Below, piece by piece: positions 12,700 through 27,561 of a DNA stretch of 64,000 nucleotides (position 1 is its first letter; each line of letters begins with the position of its first letter). The notes beneath the pieces are model-generated. The model saw nothing but the letters and a program-made list of their open reading frames with translations. It made no database searches and was not told where the DNA came from. Origin of the DNA: Octopus vulgaris (taxonomy: Eukaryota); contig OX597815.1 of NCBI GenBank assembly GCA_951406725.2, forward strand, positions 211,854,001 to 211,918,000, in the 5' to 3' direction. A program made the translations under genes and the position numbers.

Positions 12700-13594
12700 T
12701 GTACGTTCGTAGCTTTGACAAGAACAGCCGATAATTGCAGAACCGTCAACTGCTTATACGACTTGACACCTTACACCAAAGCGACTTTCTTGGTTCAAAT
12801 GACGCCTGCGTAAAACCAAATTTCGGTATTAGATCTGTTAAAGGTGGAGTAATGTCAGCGGTGCCAGATGATAACACACCATTTACCATCCTAGGACGTC
12901 GTTGAAAACACATGATGCGCTCTTAAGGCAACCATTTTTGCAGTTTGTCAGAAGTCTTTGGATATCACAGTAAAATACTAAGATTGATTTGGTGAGAACA
13001 TTCCCAAATATATAAACTAATAGACGAAAAGCGACTTTTCGTGCCTGGCATGATGACAAGAATAATGAGCCTAAATGGAAAACTTGCCAGCAAGAAAATG
13101 TTGCGATCCAAAAGCAAATAGGTGCAGAGAAAAAATTAGAGACAGGCAAAAAACAAAAAAACTTGAAATCCAGGAACTGGCAGACATGTTTAAAGTAAAG
13201 TGCTTCTTCTGTGAAGCAAAAGCGATGTGTGTTCCTATGGTTTTAGTACAAGAGGCTCATCACTCCTCATGCCAAAAGACGGTAGCTGTCAACTACCAAC
13301 AGAAAGAACATTTCCAAGACATGCTTAATCGTGACTAGGCAGCTAACAGAAGACCTGGAGAACAGAACACCAAGGCAACTTACCTGCACCACCTGACATT
13401 CCACAAACATTTCGTTCTCTTTAAAACCATTCTAGTCACATTCCAGCTTATATATTGTATAAATGAATTTGGAAATCAAATAGTAAACAAAGCTCCACGC
13501 ACTGTTCGACTATTCTGGACACAGAGGAGACACCAGACGATTTCGAACAGGTAACTATCATTACTATCTTCAAGAATGTACACAAATTAGGTTG

Positions 13595-13798
13595 CAGTAA
13601 TCCCTCGACTATCGTGGGTGTTACGTTTCAAAAGCCCCGCGATAGGTGGAAATCTGCGTGGTAGAAACAGTACTGTACTTTATATTTTTTTTATTGTTTT
13701 TATAATTTGTATATTTATTTTATTATAAATACAAAACAACACCACAAAGGAATCGACGTAAGCTTAAATAATGAACCGCGATATGACTAGGGATTACC
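13595..13798. mobile_element. Tigger/pogo-like MITE inserted in the RTE remnant
   Basis: Paralogue of 8621-8843; splits the IITIFK and NYRGI motifs. Confidence 0.7.
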
Positions 13799-14496
13799 TT
13801 ACAACTACAGAGGTATCGCGCTTTGTTAAATTTCTAGAAAATTCTTTGGCTACAATTCTCCTCAACTTATTCAACCTCTTATTGAAGACTTACATAGCCG
13901 AAACTCTGAAAGGTTTTTTAGCTTCCAGTAGCACTGCTGTTATTATTTCGTGTGCTTTCTAGCTACAGGAGAAATGCCATAACAAATTGTTGCTCATGCA
14001 AATTACTTCTCTTTTATAACTTCATCGATGCATTTGGTCAAAGTACAGTTCTAATCTTCTATAAATGGTTAGTTTCAACTAATATGTGAGTTCTCATAAG
14101 CCTTTTATCATTTTCTAAACACTATTCACTCACTATGTACAAACTCCTACCCGGTCTCCAGATATTACACTGCCTAGTGGCAGCCATGCAACTCTAGAAG
14201 ACGCTGTATCAGAATAAACTTAACGATTACATCAGTGATTGACCTTCAGAATATAAATGGTGTTAATTCAGTTTTAGTAGAAGAACTACAGTTAACCGAT
14301 ATTTTCACTGACGCGTGAGAGCATGGGTCTCACCATCGGCGCAGCAAAATATGCCTGGCATTAACATGACTCCAAGAAGTAGGGACCTAGTCCACCAATG
14401 GACAATAGTAGTAAAACTGTAAAGCTCTCCTGATATTTAAGTGGACCAATCCTAGATGAAGCAATCCAACACCGGATAAAATAAACCAACTGTATA

Positions 14497-14727
14497 TATT
14501 TCTTTACTACCCACAAAGGGCTAAACACAGAGAGGACAAACAAGGACATACAAACGGATTAAGTCGATTACATCGACCCCAATGCGTAACTGGTACTTAA
14601 TTTATCGACCCCGAAAGGATGAAAGGCAAAGTCGACCTCGGCGGAATTTGAACCCAGAACGTAACGGCAGACGAAATACGGCTACGCATTTCGCCCGGCG
14701 TGCTAACGATTTGCCAGCTCGCCGCCT
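14497..14727 (-). mobile_element. Full-length tRNA-derived SINE, family A, with 16-bp TSD
   Basis: ATAAACCAACTGTATA at 14481-14496 and 14728-14743; body is the reverse complement of 30018-30240. Confidence 0.9.
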
Positions 14728-15902
14728 ATAAACCAACTGTATAGTCGTCTAAGAAGACCAAGGGCGGCACTGGTACATTTTATGTACGCGAAGATAATAA
14801 TCTGTGGTAAACAAATTTATGGCGTTTAAGATATTTGTACTCAGTCTCCTTTAAAGCTCTAAAACCTGGATAAGTGATATTTACATAAACTAGAAATATA
14901 AAACCAGATATGTCTGGGAAATGGTGTAAATCCAGTGCACCAACAAGCGAATATCCCCCCTCACTTGGAAAACACAATAACGCAACGGTTCCTATGGACT
15001 AATTACATCATGAGAATGGCAGATCATCCGCTGGCCAAGCAATTGTTCTATTCCCAATTGAATGAAGCAAAGTTTATGCGAGGAGGACACAAGACGTGGT
15101 TCAATGACGTACGTTTAAAAAAAAACTGAAGAACCAATGTGAATGAGTGGAAATCGCAAATAACCGACAGAAATGGTGACAGATTATCTATGATGGAGCC
15201 AAAATCTTCGTCACAGCACGAAGCAAAAGTCATGACGATAACCGCAAGCATAAAAAGTAGAACGAGGCAACTAACATAAAAATGCAGTCTATAGTCAGAA
15301 ATTGGGACGAACGTTTTCGTATTATGAATTCCTGGCTCAGAATGAGGTCTAACAATTTGCTGTTATTATTAATATGCTATTTTTCTTTCGCATCATTCGC
15401 ATGACATATCGTTTTCCTTTTCATACTGTTTTCGTCTCGTCGAATGGTTTCCTTTTATTCTTCTCAGCGTAGAAGTAAATCATTTATTATTCAATGTAAA
15501 TCATAGGATAAAAGTTCGAATCCAGTTTAAAGTTTAGCATTTTGGCTTTTGTTCATGAAACGGATAAATCACAAACGAAAATCATGGTGCGTAAATTCAA
15601 GTAAAGTTAGAATTGATTTTCTATAATGTTACATCGTTATTTTTACATTTAATTGATACAGTTTATGGAGAACTATGATATTTTGGCAACTTATTTACTT
15701 TAATCGTCAAGTTAAACAAAAGTTCAGCTTAGCATTCAAAATATGGACTGTCGTGTTGCACCGTTTGAAGCCACTTTTTTGTTAGACCATTGACCCCACG
15801 TTGAACGCAAGAATTGAGCCATGGATCTGAACAGTCAATAATCCTAGGGTGGCACGTCCTGACTAAATGCTACTAACAGATACACTTAATATTTTTTTTC
15901 GG

Positions 15903-16110
15903 TAAGGCAGTGAGATGGCAGAAACGTTAGCACGCCGCGCGAAATGCTTCGCAGTATTTCGTCTGTCTTTATGTTCTGAGTTCAAATTCCGCTGGGGTCG
16001 ACTTTTCCTTTCATCCTTTCGGGGTCGATAAATTAAGTACCAGTTGAGTACTGGGGGTCGATCTAATCGACTGGCCCCTCCCTCAAAATTTCGGGTTTTG
16101 TGCCTAGAGT
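15903..16110 (+). mobile_element. tRNA-derived SINE, family A
   Basis: Same head and CCTTTCATCCTTTCGGGGTCGATAAATTAAGTACCAG core. Confidence 0.8.
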
Positions 16111-16515
16111 AAAAAATACTTTTTGGGGCTTTATTATGCATTAGTTTTTGTTTTTTTTTTTTATTTTCGCATCTGATTTCTATTAATCTTCTATAATAAT
16201 GAAGCTTTATCTCTTAATTTTCTGCTTTTGTGTCCACAGAGCTTGAAGAAATCTTGCAGAAGAGACGTTATTTTAACGAGATACATCTTATAATCACCTG
16301 AAAAGACACATCTACACCGACGGATACTCCTAAACCAGTTGTTCAGTGTCCTACCTATGAGAGATCGATGCTAAATGGTTTGAAACAATTGCAGTGATCA
16401 ATAAACATTCTCGTATGTTCCATCTTCCTCTCTCTCGTTAATCAAATACCCAACAAAGACTAAATGTGAATGTGGTGCTTTTACCAGTAAGTTACCAGGT
16501 GTATACCATTTGATT

Positions 16516-16517
<2 letters not shown>

Positions 16518-16567
<50 letters not shown>

Positions 16568-16850
16568 TATACATATATATATATACACACACACACATAT
16601 ATATATATATATACACACACACATATACATATATATATATATACACACACACATATATATATATACACACACACATATATATATATATACACACACACAT
16701 ATATATATATATACACACACACATATATATATATATACACACACACATATATATATATACACACACACATATATATATATAAATACACACACACATATAT
16801 ACATATAAATACACACACATATATACATATATATACATATATATATATAT
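16518..16850. repeat. Alternating (TA)n(CA)n compound microsatellite
   Basis: Directly visible, ~22-24 bp periodicity. Confidence 0.9.
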
Positions 16851-16955
16851 TGCATTTTGCTTTTTCTGTTACTGCTTTCATTCACTTAACTGCGGCCATG
16901 CTGGGTACACACACGTATATACATAGACAAACAATTGTAAACAAGTACGAGTACG

Positions 16956-17000
<45 letters not shown>

Positions 17001-17668
17001 TCATATATGCATACACACAGGTCCAACTCATATCTGTATGTATGTATATATATATATATACACACATATGATGTGCATAAATCTTTACGTATATGTATAC
17101 TTATCTTTGAGACTGGTTAAGTGTTGCGTATTTCATTAACAGCTATTAAATGTTGAAAGCAAAACTGAAAGACTGTTTTTTTTCTTGAATCAAATGTTAA
17201 CAAGGCGAAGCTGACGCGCTGAAATATGGAAGTTTAGCCACACACATAGATCAAAGATCTGAATTGTGAGCACGGGGAGGACAAAAACAGTCACATCCGG
17301 GACACAAGCAAACACACACACACTTTAAAACATAGATATAACTCAAGAAAAGAGAAACACAAATGCATTCATACATGAGTACAGCTATACAAACACACAC
17401 GTACTTTAGAAGGCATAGACATACGGTTAGTGTTGTTAACTCTTTAAGGAGACCGAAACTGAAACCCCTACAATGATGCTAAATATAGTCACTTAGATAA
17501 CAAATCAAACGAACCAATCACACAACGGGCAAATTTCCTTCAAGGGTCACATGATCCAACATATACATCAAACGTTTCCACTTATACACAAATATAAGTG
17601 CGTCTAGGGTGTATATATGTATGTATGCATATATATATGTATGCTTATATATATGTATGTATGTATGC

Positions 17669-17721
<53 letters not shown>

Positions 17722-18007
17722 TGTATGCATATATATATGTATGTATGTATGCATATATATATATGTACGTATGTATGTATAGACAGATAGATAGCAACAA
17801 GCTTTAGGGATCAGAGAAGTATACCCATGCAGATACACTGTAGCCCATCACCAGTCCGTACACGACTATACAACTTGTGTGTGTGTGTGTGTTTGCGTCC
17901 ATAAATGTGTGTGTGTGTTTGTATGGTATCAAAATCAATTCATCTCTAACTCTATTCGTTTAATATTATCTGTCAGTTTATTATAAGTAATTACAATACT
18001 GGAATAA

Positions 18008-18082
<75 letters not shown>

Positions 18083-18348
18083 GTGTGGTTATGTATATAT
18101 ATTTTGTACAAGTCTGTATGTATATATATGTATGATTATACACAGCATCAATTTTCACATAATCATACATATGTACGTGCAAATATATGCATAAACACAC
18201 ACACACACACACAAATAGAAAGAGGGTGGCAGGGACTTCGAAATTTCAGCCGGAACTTCGAAGTCATTGTCAAACTTTTCTTTTAATAGTTGATAAATTT
18301 GTACTTCACTAAAGAGTATACGGTAATACTTCAGTTTAATATTAAATT

Positions 18349-18404
<56 letters not shown>

Positions 18405-18566
18405 CTTGGCATAAAGACAAATATTTTTACACGCATACACATATACATATTTTTGGGCCTTTGTATGTTTGATATTAAGAGAGTATGACTCTCCCCAGAC
18501 ACAACAAAATTTCTATCAACACACGAACTCACATAAATATCTTTCAAACCAGATACAAAAAGAAGT

Positions 18567-18620
<54 letters not shown>

Positions 18621-18673
18621 TATGGCGATTTTCCTTCTCCGTCTTCCCTTCCTTTGACCTTTCCTATTTCTAT

Positions 18674-18710
18674 GGTTCTGACGAACAGCTCGGCTCGAAA
18701 CGTTAAATCC
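18674..18710 (+). ncRNA. Degenerate hammerhead-like motif (Penelope-like fragment)
   Basis: GGTT-CTGACGA-A-CAGC(TCG)GCTC-GAAACGTTA-AATC; flanks resemble 10655-10790; helix II closing pair broken. Confidence 0.4.
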
Positions 18711-18802
18711 ACCTTCTTTCTTTCCTTTCCTGAACGTCCAATAACATTATACTTGTTCCACGTCTTCGCGCTGCTGTGTTTTCTCTTTGGTCATGTTTGA
18801 AT

Positions 18803-18860
<58 letters not shown>

Positions 18861-19552
18861 GCGAGCTTCTTTTCAGTTTCCGTGAAGCAAAAGGTTTGGT
18901 AGGCCCGAGGCTATAGCAGAAGACACTTGCCAAAGGTGCCACGCAGTGGGACTGAACCCTAAACCAAGTGGTTGAGAGCTAAACTCCTTACTACACAGCA
19001 ATGCTTGAATCTACAAATGTATATGAATGCATCTAATTATATCACCAACACACAATTATTGCTGATCAAAGGAAACACTGAAAACTGATGAAATACAGTG
19101 AAAAGGGAAATAGAAAAAAAGGGGGGGGCTGTAACACATCTAAGTAGCTTTTACCGAAACACATTCATAGATAAAAACGATACAACACATACGAAATCTA
19201 CGCACATATATAGAAAAATAATACAACCACTCCACACACACACACACATGTATGACCCTACATCACGCACATTTTAGTAATAGCAGTGTGGTTGAGAAGT
19301 TTGCTTTGTAACTATGAGGTTTCGTGTGTGATCCCGATGTACTTCTTCCTATTTGTCTCGGAAGCCCCGGAAAAGGTCACAAGTACTTGCCTTCCTGTGA
19401 CTAAGCGATTAAAAAGTGACATAGTCTCACAAACATGCTTACGTATACACATACATGCATACGTGAGTGTATATCCCTATATATGTATATATAAATAAAT
19501 ATATGCTATTGAGTAGTACATTTTCATATTAAATTGTTACATATGCATACAT

Positions 19553-19585
<33 letters not shown>

Positions 19586-20091
19586 CATACATATATACAT
19601 ACATACATACATATATATATGAACGTAATGGTATCGAGTATAATATATACACCCTGTAGGATACTTTTTAAAGCCTGTCCGCTGCATTGGGCTACCTGAT
19701 GTCAACAACAATATGGAGGCATTTGCCACTAGTTTCACTTCAGGAATTCCCTTATGTCCGTAGAGTATATATTTTTAAGTATGTGTGAGAGATAGAAAAT
19801 GGAATTCACGAGACTCTTTATTCGGAGAGTCGGGAATTCCATCTTCAATCTCTCACATTTTTATAAATCAACGTAACACACATATTGACCCCAGGACTTT
19901 GTTTTTAAGCCTAATACTATTTATCGGTCTTCGGCCGAACCTCAAGGTTACGGGTATTTAAACACACTAAAACCAGTTGTCAAGCGGTGGTGGGGGACAA
20001 AAGCACAGACACAAAGATACACGTACACACACATATATATACATACATACATACACACACACACACATACATACACACACGCATACATACA

Positions 20092-20164
<73 letters not shown>

Positions 20165-20292
20165 ATAGAAATGGTAAGACAACAACAGAAAGGAAGAGAC
20201 CTCGATATTATGTAAATAAAGGAATATATCTGTAAATATAATATGTGACAATTATTCGGTAGCCATGATAAAACTCCGAGTTTCTGATTCGG

Positions 20293-20331
<39 letters not shown>

Positions 20332-21079
20332 CAGACCCCACCCAAAAAATGTATACATACTTCAGTAAAGGAAAAATCTGTATAAATATCTAAATTGTAT
20401 ATGTACTTCTGTAGATGTAGATATTTCTTTCGATGTGTTATCAAACTGCGATAATACTGTATAAATTGCAATAACACTGAATTAAAAAATTCGACGGGCT
20501 TCTTTCGGTTTCTGTCTACTAAATCCACTCACAAAGCTTTGGTCGATCGAGGCTATACTAGAAGGCACCCGCCCAAGGTGTCACGCAGTGGGGCTGGACC
20601 CGAACCCATGTGATTGGGAAGAAAGCTTCGAACATGTGCATTTGTTGTTATTGGCGTAATGACTCCCCCAAGACAAGACAAAAATTATTTCAACACACGA
20701 ATTCACATTAATAATCTTAAAAAACCAAATACAAAAACGAAGTAAAATGTTATGGTTAGTTTTCATAAAGTGAAAATATATGTTTGCTTCGCTATATTAC
20801 AAAACCTTAGGGGAAAAACCTGCCGTGTTTCCACAACGGAAAAGAATCTGTAATTTGTGTCGAGGTAATACTATCTGTAAGAGAAACATTTCTGAATTTC
20901 AAACAAAATATTTCTGAAATTCAAGTTGCAACGTATTGTTGTTGTTGTATAACTTCCAATGATTGAGCATTGTTTCTATGTTTTCTTTTCTCAGAAACCA
21001 ACTCCTTGTGTATATAAAACATTTAAAGAATTTTTAAAATGATAGATACAAACGTACGTACATACATACATACATACAT

Positions 21080-21116
<37 letters not shown>

Positions 21117-21594
21117 TACATACATACATACATACATACATACATACACGCATGCATGCATTGTTCCATACGTTTCAAATTAAACATATAAAGTGTTGAA
21201 AATCTAAACAAAATTTAATATAACTAAATCATTTTTTTTTTCCTTTTCCTGCATGCAAGCCAGCCAAAAATTTAATGGACATTCCATGTCGGAAAGAATG
21301 GGAGGAGTACAATTCCAAATTCGTAGATGAGCAGTCATCAACGCCAACACCCACTAGAAAAGAGTTAAAGCATTATTGTTCTTTTTCATAATAAATCTGT
21401 TGTTTTTGTTGTTAAAAGATACGATGATAACACATTCTTGCTTGTTGAATAATATCATATTTTTGAAAAAGAAATTGCTGCTAAAATTTAACATTGACAA
21501 CTGAATAAAATACAAATAACATACGCTAAATATATTTTACTTAAGCAACAACAAAGAAGAAAAAACAATCGTGGAATTAACAATTTATATGTAA

Positions 21595-21987
21595 CTAGCA
21601 GTATCGACCGGCGTTGCTCGGGTTTGTAAGGGAAATAACTATATAAGCATTTTTAGAGATGTAAAGTATAATAGCCATCTCAATATGGCTAACCTCAAAG
21701 AGGTGGGGTGTTACTGTAGCTTTTTACGTTCTGAGATTTAATAATAAATTTTTAGAGAGTTACTTCCCTTATATATGCCAAAAATGCATTAAAAATGGGA
21801 AAAATTGATGGTAATTTTTTTTAAATCGTAGACTCATCGTAAACGCGCGCTAATACCCAGAAGGGCTCGATATGAATCACGACTATAAGATACCCGGTTT
21901 TGTTTAAACTGTACCGCAAGATGTGGGAGTAGTTAGGAATCTAAATCGTAGGAGACAGACACACAACTTGACTTTTATATATAAAGA
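21595..21987 (-). mobile_element. Non-autonomous Helitron
   Basis: Same TC...hairpin-CTAG structure as 1481-1781, with ~100 bp extra internal sequence. Confidence 0.8.
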
Positions 21988-22245
21988 TAATATCATTTCT
22001 TTTGCTCTTCATGGATGCCTATTGAAGAAAATATATTATTGGTCTCCAAAAGGGAATTTACAGTTCTTTATAAATGGGTGAAGATATGTTTGTGCAGTTA
22101 AATGGTTTGTTCAACGATTCGCTTGGTTGTGAGTTCAATCCCGTTGCGTGGTACATCAAGCAAGTGAAATAAATTCTAAGCTCGCTACACGGACACGGCG
22201 GAAGACCATCAGATGTGAATATGTGTGTGCGTGCGCATGTGTGTG

Positions 22246-22281
<36 letters not shown>

Positions 22282-22989
22282 TTTCTGTCTGCGTTTGCCC
22301 TCTCCTACCGCTTGATAACCGGTGTTGTTGTGTTTTCCTCCCCGTAAGTTAGGGGTTCGACAAAAATGATCGATAGGGTAAATGCTAGGCCTTAAAATAT
22401 AAGAGCTGAGATTGATACATTCGACTAAAATTCTTCAGGGTGGTGCTCCAGCATGGCCGCAGGTTAATGACTGAAACAAGTAATATATATGTATGTATGT
22501 ATGTATATGAAGAAGGTTGAAAACACAGAAAATAGAGAAAACATTTTATCAACAAACAAATTGACCAACATGAGTTAATTACTTTTTTTCAATATAAAAT
22601 ATATCATAACATTCTTACGGCCGTTTCGGCTGCCAATGTCAGTCGGTGCTTACGAAGAAAATTTCGAAAATAATATTCATTATCTTTATAGCACATTTGA
22701 TCTAGTAGATGTAGCTTCATTGGAGTGAGTACAAATGCATAAAATAAAAGGAAGAGGGAAGAGGAAAGAACTGAGCCTCGCGATGAGGCCAGAAGGCTCA
22801 ATATATCAGAATCATACCCCCACCCATAACTGCATGATATATTTATTAAGCCATTTCTCCTTAATAGGACTCACCCCCTTTCAGTCACGAACCTAATTTG
22901 GATTACAGAAAGCATTACATCGTGATGTTGTTGATTGAAGATATTACGTCTACAGGAGGTTTGTACTGTCAATCAAGTCACAACAAGGA

Positions 22990-23205
22990 CCTGCGACAGA
23001 CAGATTGAAGGGTATTTCTGAAGTTTCCAGGTGTTTCTTCAGGTTGGGTGGCACTGAACCCAATGCTCTGAACACAATAGAGACAATCTTTGACTCTCAT
23101 AGCTGCCACATTTTGACGATCTCAATTCTCAGGTCTCTATATTTATCAATCTTTTCTCTTTCTTTCATATGTTGATCTCCTGGCACTGCCACGTCGATTA
23201 CATTG
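22990..23205 (-). pseudogene. C-terminal fragment of a restriction-like-endonuclease (R2/R4-group) non-LTR retrotransposon
   Basis: ORF 23097..23327(-) ends VIDVAVPGDQHMKEREKIDKYRDLRIEIVKMWQL, followed by IVFRALGSVPPNLKKHL; matches the D..(E)K..KY..L / ALG pattern of RLE domains. Confidence 0.7.
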
Positions 23206-23880
23206 TATAGCAATGAAAAGAAAAATAGGAAATGAGAATAACCTTTTCTATGGGTATTTTGTGTTTGGATCACGAATATAACAGCCGTTTCCTTTCTGTG
23301 ACCCTCCAGTTTATCGTAAATTACCATCTTACGTTAAATACACTGATGGCTCAGTAGGAATTGACTGCAAACAGGATTGGGCCGAAACTGACAACTATAA
23401 AAGTTATGAACGGATTTTGATATAATTTTAATTGGATGTTCCTAAGGTATTTGTTAATCTAGCCTATGAAAATTATAAAAGTTCACTCAAAATGTGTATA
23501 GATATATGGGTCCAAATCCCATGTAAGTATATTATTATAAGTACCAGTTGATGACTGCGGCGATGGAATCAAGTAGTCTCCTCTCCCAAAATTTCAGATT
23601 GAGAGCCTAAAGTAGACAGGGTCGTTATTATTATTTGCTACTGTAACCTTCATAAACAATCTCAATTGATGTTGTGTACTTACAATCTTGTTTGCAAGCA
23701 ACCTACAAGAAAATTGTGAACTCTCTCTAAAGAAAAAAAAAAACAGGAAACATATTCTATTTTAATTCCTCAAAAATATTCAGTCTGAAGAATTTTCGTC
23801 AATTGAATTGCTGTCTGAATACGTTCAAAATTGTTTTGATTCGGGCACTTGCACTTTTGGGTCGGATTAGAACAGATATT

Positions 23881-23965
23881 GTGTGTGCGTGCGAATGTGT
23901 GTGCGTGCGAATGTGTGTGCGTGCGAATGTGTGTGCGTGCGAATGTGTGTGCGTGCGAATGTGTG
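23881..23965. repeat. 16-bp minisatellite (GTGTGTGCGTGCGAAT)x~5
   Basis: Directly visible. Confidence 0.85.
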
Positions 23966-24594
23966 TGTGTGTGTCTATGTATCTAAAGAGAGGGATGTTT
24001 ATTCACATTTAATTTTAGACACACGTATTCATTATACAAAAATATTCAGAAGCATTAAGTCGTGACCGCTAATCTTTGGCCACAGAGAAAGTTGTATACA
24101 TATACATGTGTATGCGCAAGTGCGTGGGTGTATATGTATGAGCAGATATATGTGTGTGTATGTGTGTGTGTGTGTGAGTGTGCACGCGCACGCGATTAGT
24201 TTCTGTTTATTTTGTGATACATAAACACTCAATACAAGATTGTGTTAAAAGTGTTTAGAAGCTAACAAATATGTATTTATGCGTTTAATGAAATAAGAAT
24301 ACACTTCCGGTGTACAGTTTCGTCCAGTTTCTGAAGCAATAAAGAGAAGCAACGGAGCGAAACCATTATTTGTGTGTGTAATTACACGCACAATCATGCA
24401 TGCATACATACACATGTACAACATGCACACACATCTACATACAAACACTTACATTCACACATATATATTCACACACACACGCACGCACGATCTTCGCAGA
24501 TATAACGAGGGTACTTCTTGGTGTAGTGTTTGAACAGATTTCCCAATAAAAATGATTAAATTAAATTTTGAAAGCTTACAATAATAAACTATAT

Positions 24595-24944
24595 GGTAAG
24601 GATCTGAGACCCCCTTCGGTCACGACACTGACCATGGGATTGCACCTAGAAAGTTACCTTCCCAGGCACAAGTCCGGGCAAGGTAGTTTATGGAAGACCA
24701 GCAGTCGCCCATACATACCAGCCTACCGTCTCCATGCCACCAGTGTTATCCAAGGAAAAGGCAAAGGCCGATACAGCTTGACATCAGTGACGTCGCAACT
24801 CATTTCTACAGCTGAATGAACTGGAGCAACGTGGATTAAAGTGTCTTGCTCAAGAACACAACACGCATCCCGGTCCGGGATTCGAGCCCGCAACCTCACG
24901 ATCGTAAGCTCGACGCTCTAACCACTGAGCCATGCGCCTTCACG
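24595..24944 (-). mobile_element. tRNA-derived SINE, family C
   Basis: Minus-strand head GAAGGCGCATGGCTCAGTGGTTAGAGCG...GGCTCGAATCCCGG then TCTTGAGCAAGACAC body. Confidence 0.8.
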
Positions 24945-25897
24945 TGGTAAGCATATTAAAACAAATAAATGCATAATTAATTATCTTCCCATATTCCGTC
25001 ATACAAGTCGATGTAGTATATAGTGTGAACACGCTCTGTAAGCATCCAAATATTATCTTTCAAAGTTCTTATGCCTTTCACACGGAATTTTGGATCCTAC
25101 AAATCCGTCTTAGTATATATGTCAATCTAGCTATTTTGGTTGTAAATTTTTGTCTAAAATATTCGACTTGCATGCTGGAAAATACGGTATGTTTTCTCTT
25201 TTGTGTGTGGCCATTGGTATATAAAATTCTGACGGACGTGTGTATATTTGTATACACCCAAAGCTGCAAGAAACATGCAATGGGGCTGCGTAGAATTTAA
25301 GCACAAACTAGATCAAGAGTACGCAAAGGCAGTAAGCTCAAACTATGATCATTCATACAAGCTAGTTTTTTTTAGTACATTTTTACATTAACAACACAAT
25401 CTCACATATACTTTTTAAGAGGGAAGAACAAAGATGCATATTCCTTGGTTTATTAATACATGTATACAAAGACTGGAACATAAATCTGTATGATGTAATT
25501 TTAGGGAAATTTAGCTCTTCATTTTCTGACGAAATTATTAAAAAATGAGCAACGAAAAAAGAAGTTGCTTGTGTGATAAAGTAAATATTCATTTTTACAA
25601 TAGCACAAGGCCTCAAATTGCGGTGAGATAGGGATATAGCCGTTTATATTGAGCTGAATATTTTGCTAATCCTTTATTTTGTCAACCTTTGTAAAATGGA
25701 AGTCAAAGCTGACTTCGACGGCCATTTGTGTTCAGAACATAAAAGGCTGTTCTGATGCTGCATATTTACTGCCCTGTAAACAGTTAAATATTCAAATAAG
25801 ATAGCAGATTACATTTTTTGTTAAATCCATTTTGATATGTAAAGCAATATCAGCAGAAAGATCCGTGTGAATACACACACACACACACACACATATA

Positions 25898-25947
<50 letters not shown>

Positions 25948-25959
25948 ATATATATATAT

Positions 25960-26319
25960 ATATTGTTATATTTCGGAATGGTCATTTTGCCAGTTTAGCC
26001 AATAAAAACACACGCACTATATATTTGGTGATTTTTTGCTTCAGTGTTATTTATTTTTTACATTAATCTTAATCTTATTTCGGCCAGAGTTCTTTCGTCA
26101 CACTCCTGTGACCGCATCAGTGGTCCTTTGTTTTCTTCTTTCTTATTTGTGTCTCTCCTTACTAACCGTTAGCCATTTTGTATTTCTATTGTATGTCTTC
26201 ATTTGCGCATGCTTATATCTCTATGTGCGTCTATGTTTATTTAGTGTGTGTATGTGGGGGGATGCCTGTAATATTATTGGCTAAACTGGCAAAATGACCA
26301 TTCCGAAATATAACAATAT
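25960..26319. repeat. Perfect ~46-bp inverted repeat around a ~270-bp spacer (Penelope-like inverted terminal fragment or MITE)
   Basis: ATATTGTTATATTTCGGAATGGTCATTTTGCCAGTTTAGCCAATAA at 25960-26005 and its reverse complement at 26274-26319. Confidence 0.8.
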
Positions 26320-26373
26320 CTGTTTCAACACACGACTTCACATAAAATAATCTTGCACAACAAATATTTAAAC

Positions 26374-26410
<37 letters not shown>

Positions 26411-27238
26411 AACACTTGTATATGGTGTGTCGTGAATTTGGAATACGATTGCTCATCACATCCACTTTATATCACTATATCTTACACTATCTTGAGATAT
26501 ATATATATTTTATTTATCCAACTTTCCTTTCTAACAATTGTATGACCCACAATATATTGGGCTAACACTTTATCTACCTCTACCTACACCTCCTTTTCTC
26601 TCAATATGACTGGGGGTGGGTTAAATAATATATTTCCTTAGTATATAATATATCTATATATTTTTTTATCCTGTTTTATTTTATTTGCATAATGTCTCCT
26701 TTTAAACCCCTTCAACATACCCATTGTAACTAATACTGTTTTATGTTACTTGTCACTGTACCTAATAATTAAATATATTTTACTGCTGATATATGCAAAT
26801 ATATATAGTACTTCTTGGTGTTTTACATGCCTACAACCATGTGTGCATATCTAGATATAGATCTTATATGTCATCTGTGTGTGCACATCTATTATCATTG
26901 TGTGTTTATTCACTATATATTGCCACTAACGTATATTTCTTAATATGAACGTGTGCGCATATATGTATGCTTCGCATACACACACATATACATACTGCTA
27001 TGTTTTTTTTATATGTGTCTGTACTTATATCTATTATACGCGTATGCCATTTTTTTTTCGCTCTCTCTTTGCACCGTTATGAGTATCTATACTTTTATAC
27101 GATGTTCCTTCCTTTATGCATTCTCTAATCAAATAACAACTGGAATTCCTATATCTATGTATACTAATGTGCAGATATTTCTCTACTCACGTATAAGTAA
27201 ATATACTAACATTTTTTCCTTATACGTTTTTATAGGAC

Positions 27239-27561
27239 GTGAAGGCGCGTGGCTTAGTGGTTAGAGCATTCGGCTCATGATTGTAAGGTCGTGAGTTCGA
27301 TTCCAAGCGACGCGTTGTGTCCTTGAGCAAGACACTTCACTTCATGATGCTCCACTCCACTCAGCAGGTAGAAATGAGTTGTACCTGTATTTCAAAGGGG
27401 CCAGCCTTGTCACATTCTGTGTCACGCTGAATCTCCCTGAGAACTACGATAGGGGTACACGTGTCTGTGGATTGCTCAGCCATTTACACGTTAATTTCAC
27501 GAGCAGGCTGTTCTGTTGATCGGATCAGCTGGGACCCTCGTCGTCGTAACCGACGGAGTGC
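27239..27561 (+). mobile_element. tRNA-derived SINE, family C
   Basis: GAAGGCGCGTGGCTTAGTGGTTAGAGC A-box, GAGTTCGATTCC B-box, TGTCCTTGAGCAAGACAC body. Confidence 0.8.

Larger units (their letters stand above)
12800..15260 (+). pseudogene. Heavily decayed RTE-clade LINE ORF2 (reverse transcriptase) remnant
   Basis: Scattered motifs in order: W..EE.PDDF..VTIITIFK (~13515-13575), NYRGIAL (~13803), FID.AF (~14020), and RFLWTNYIMRMADHPLAKQLFYSQLNEAKFMRGGHKTWFND (ORF 14935..15129), like the RTE C-terminal RW.GH..RM...R.PK.L.Y..L..G.R..G motif. Left boundary uncertain. Confidence 0.65.

Noticed and set aside
13075-13338. Zinc-finger-like ORF (CFFC..C)
   Set aside because: Lies within the decayed RTE region, with no consistent spacing or splice signals.
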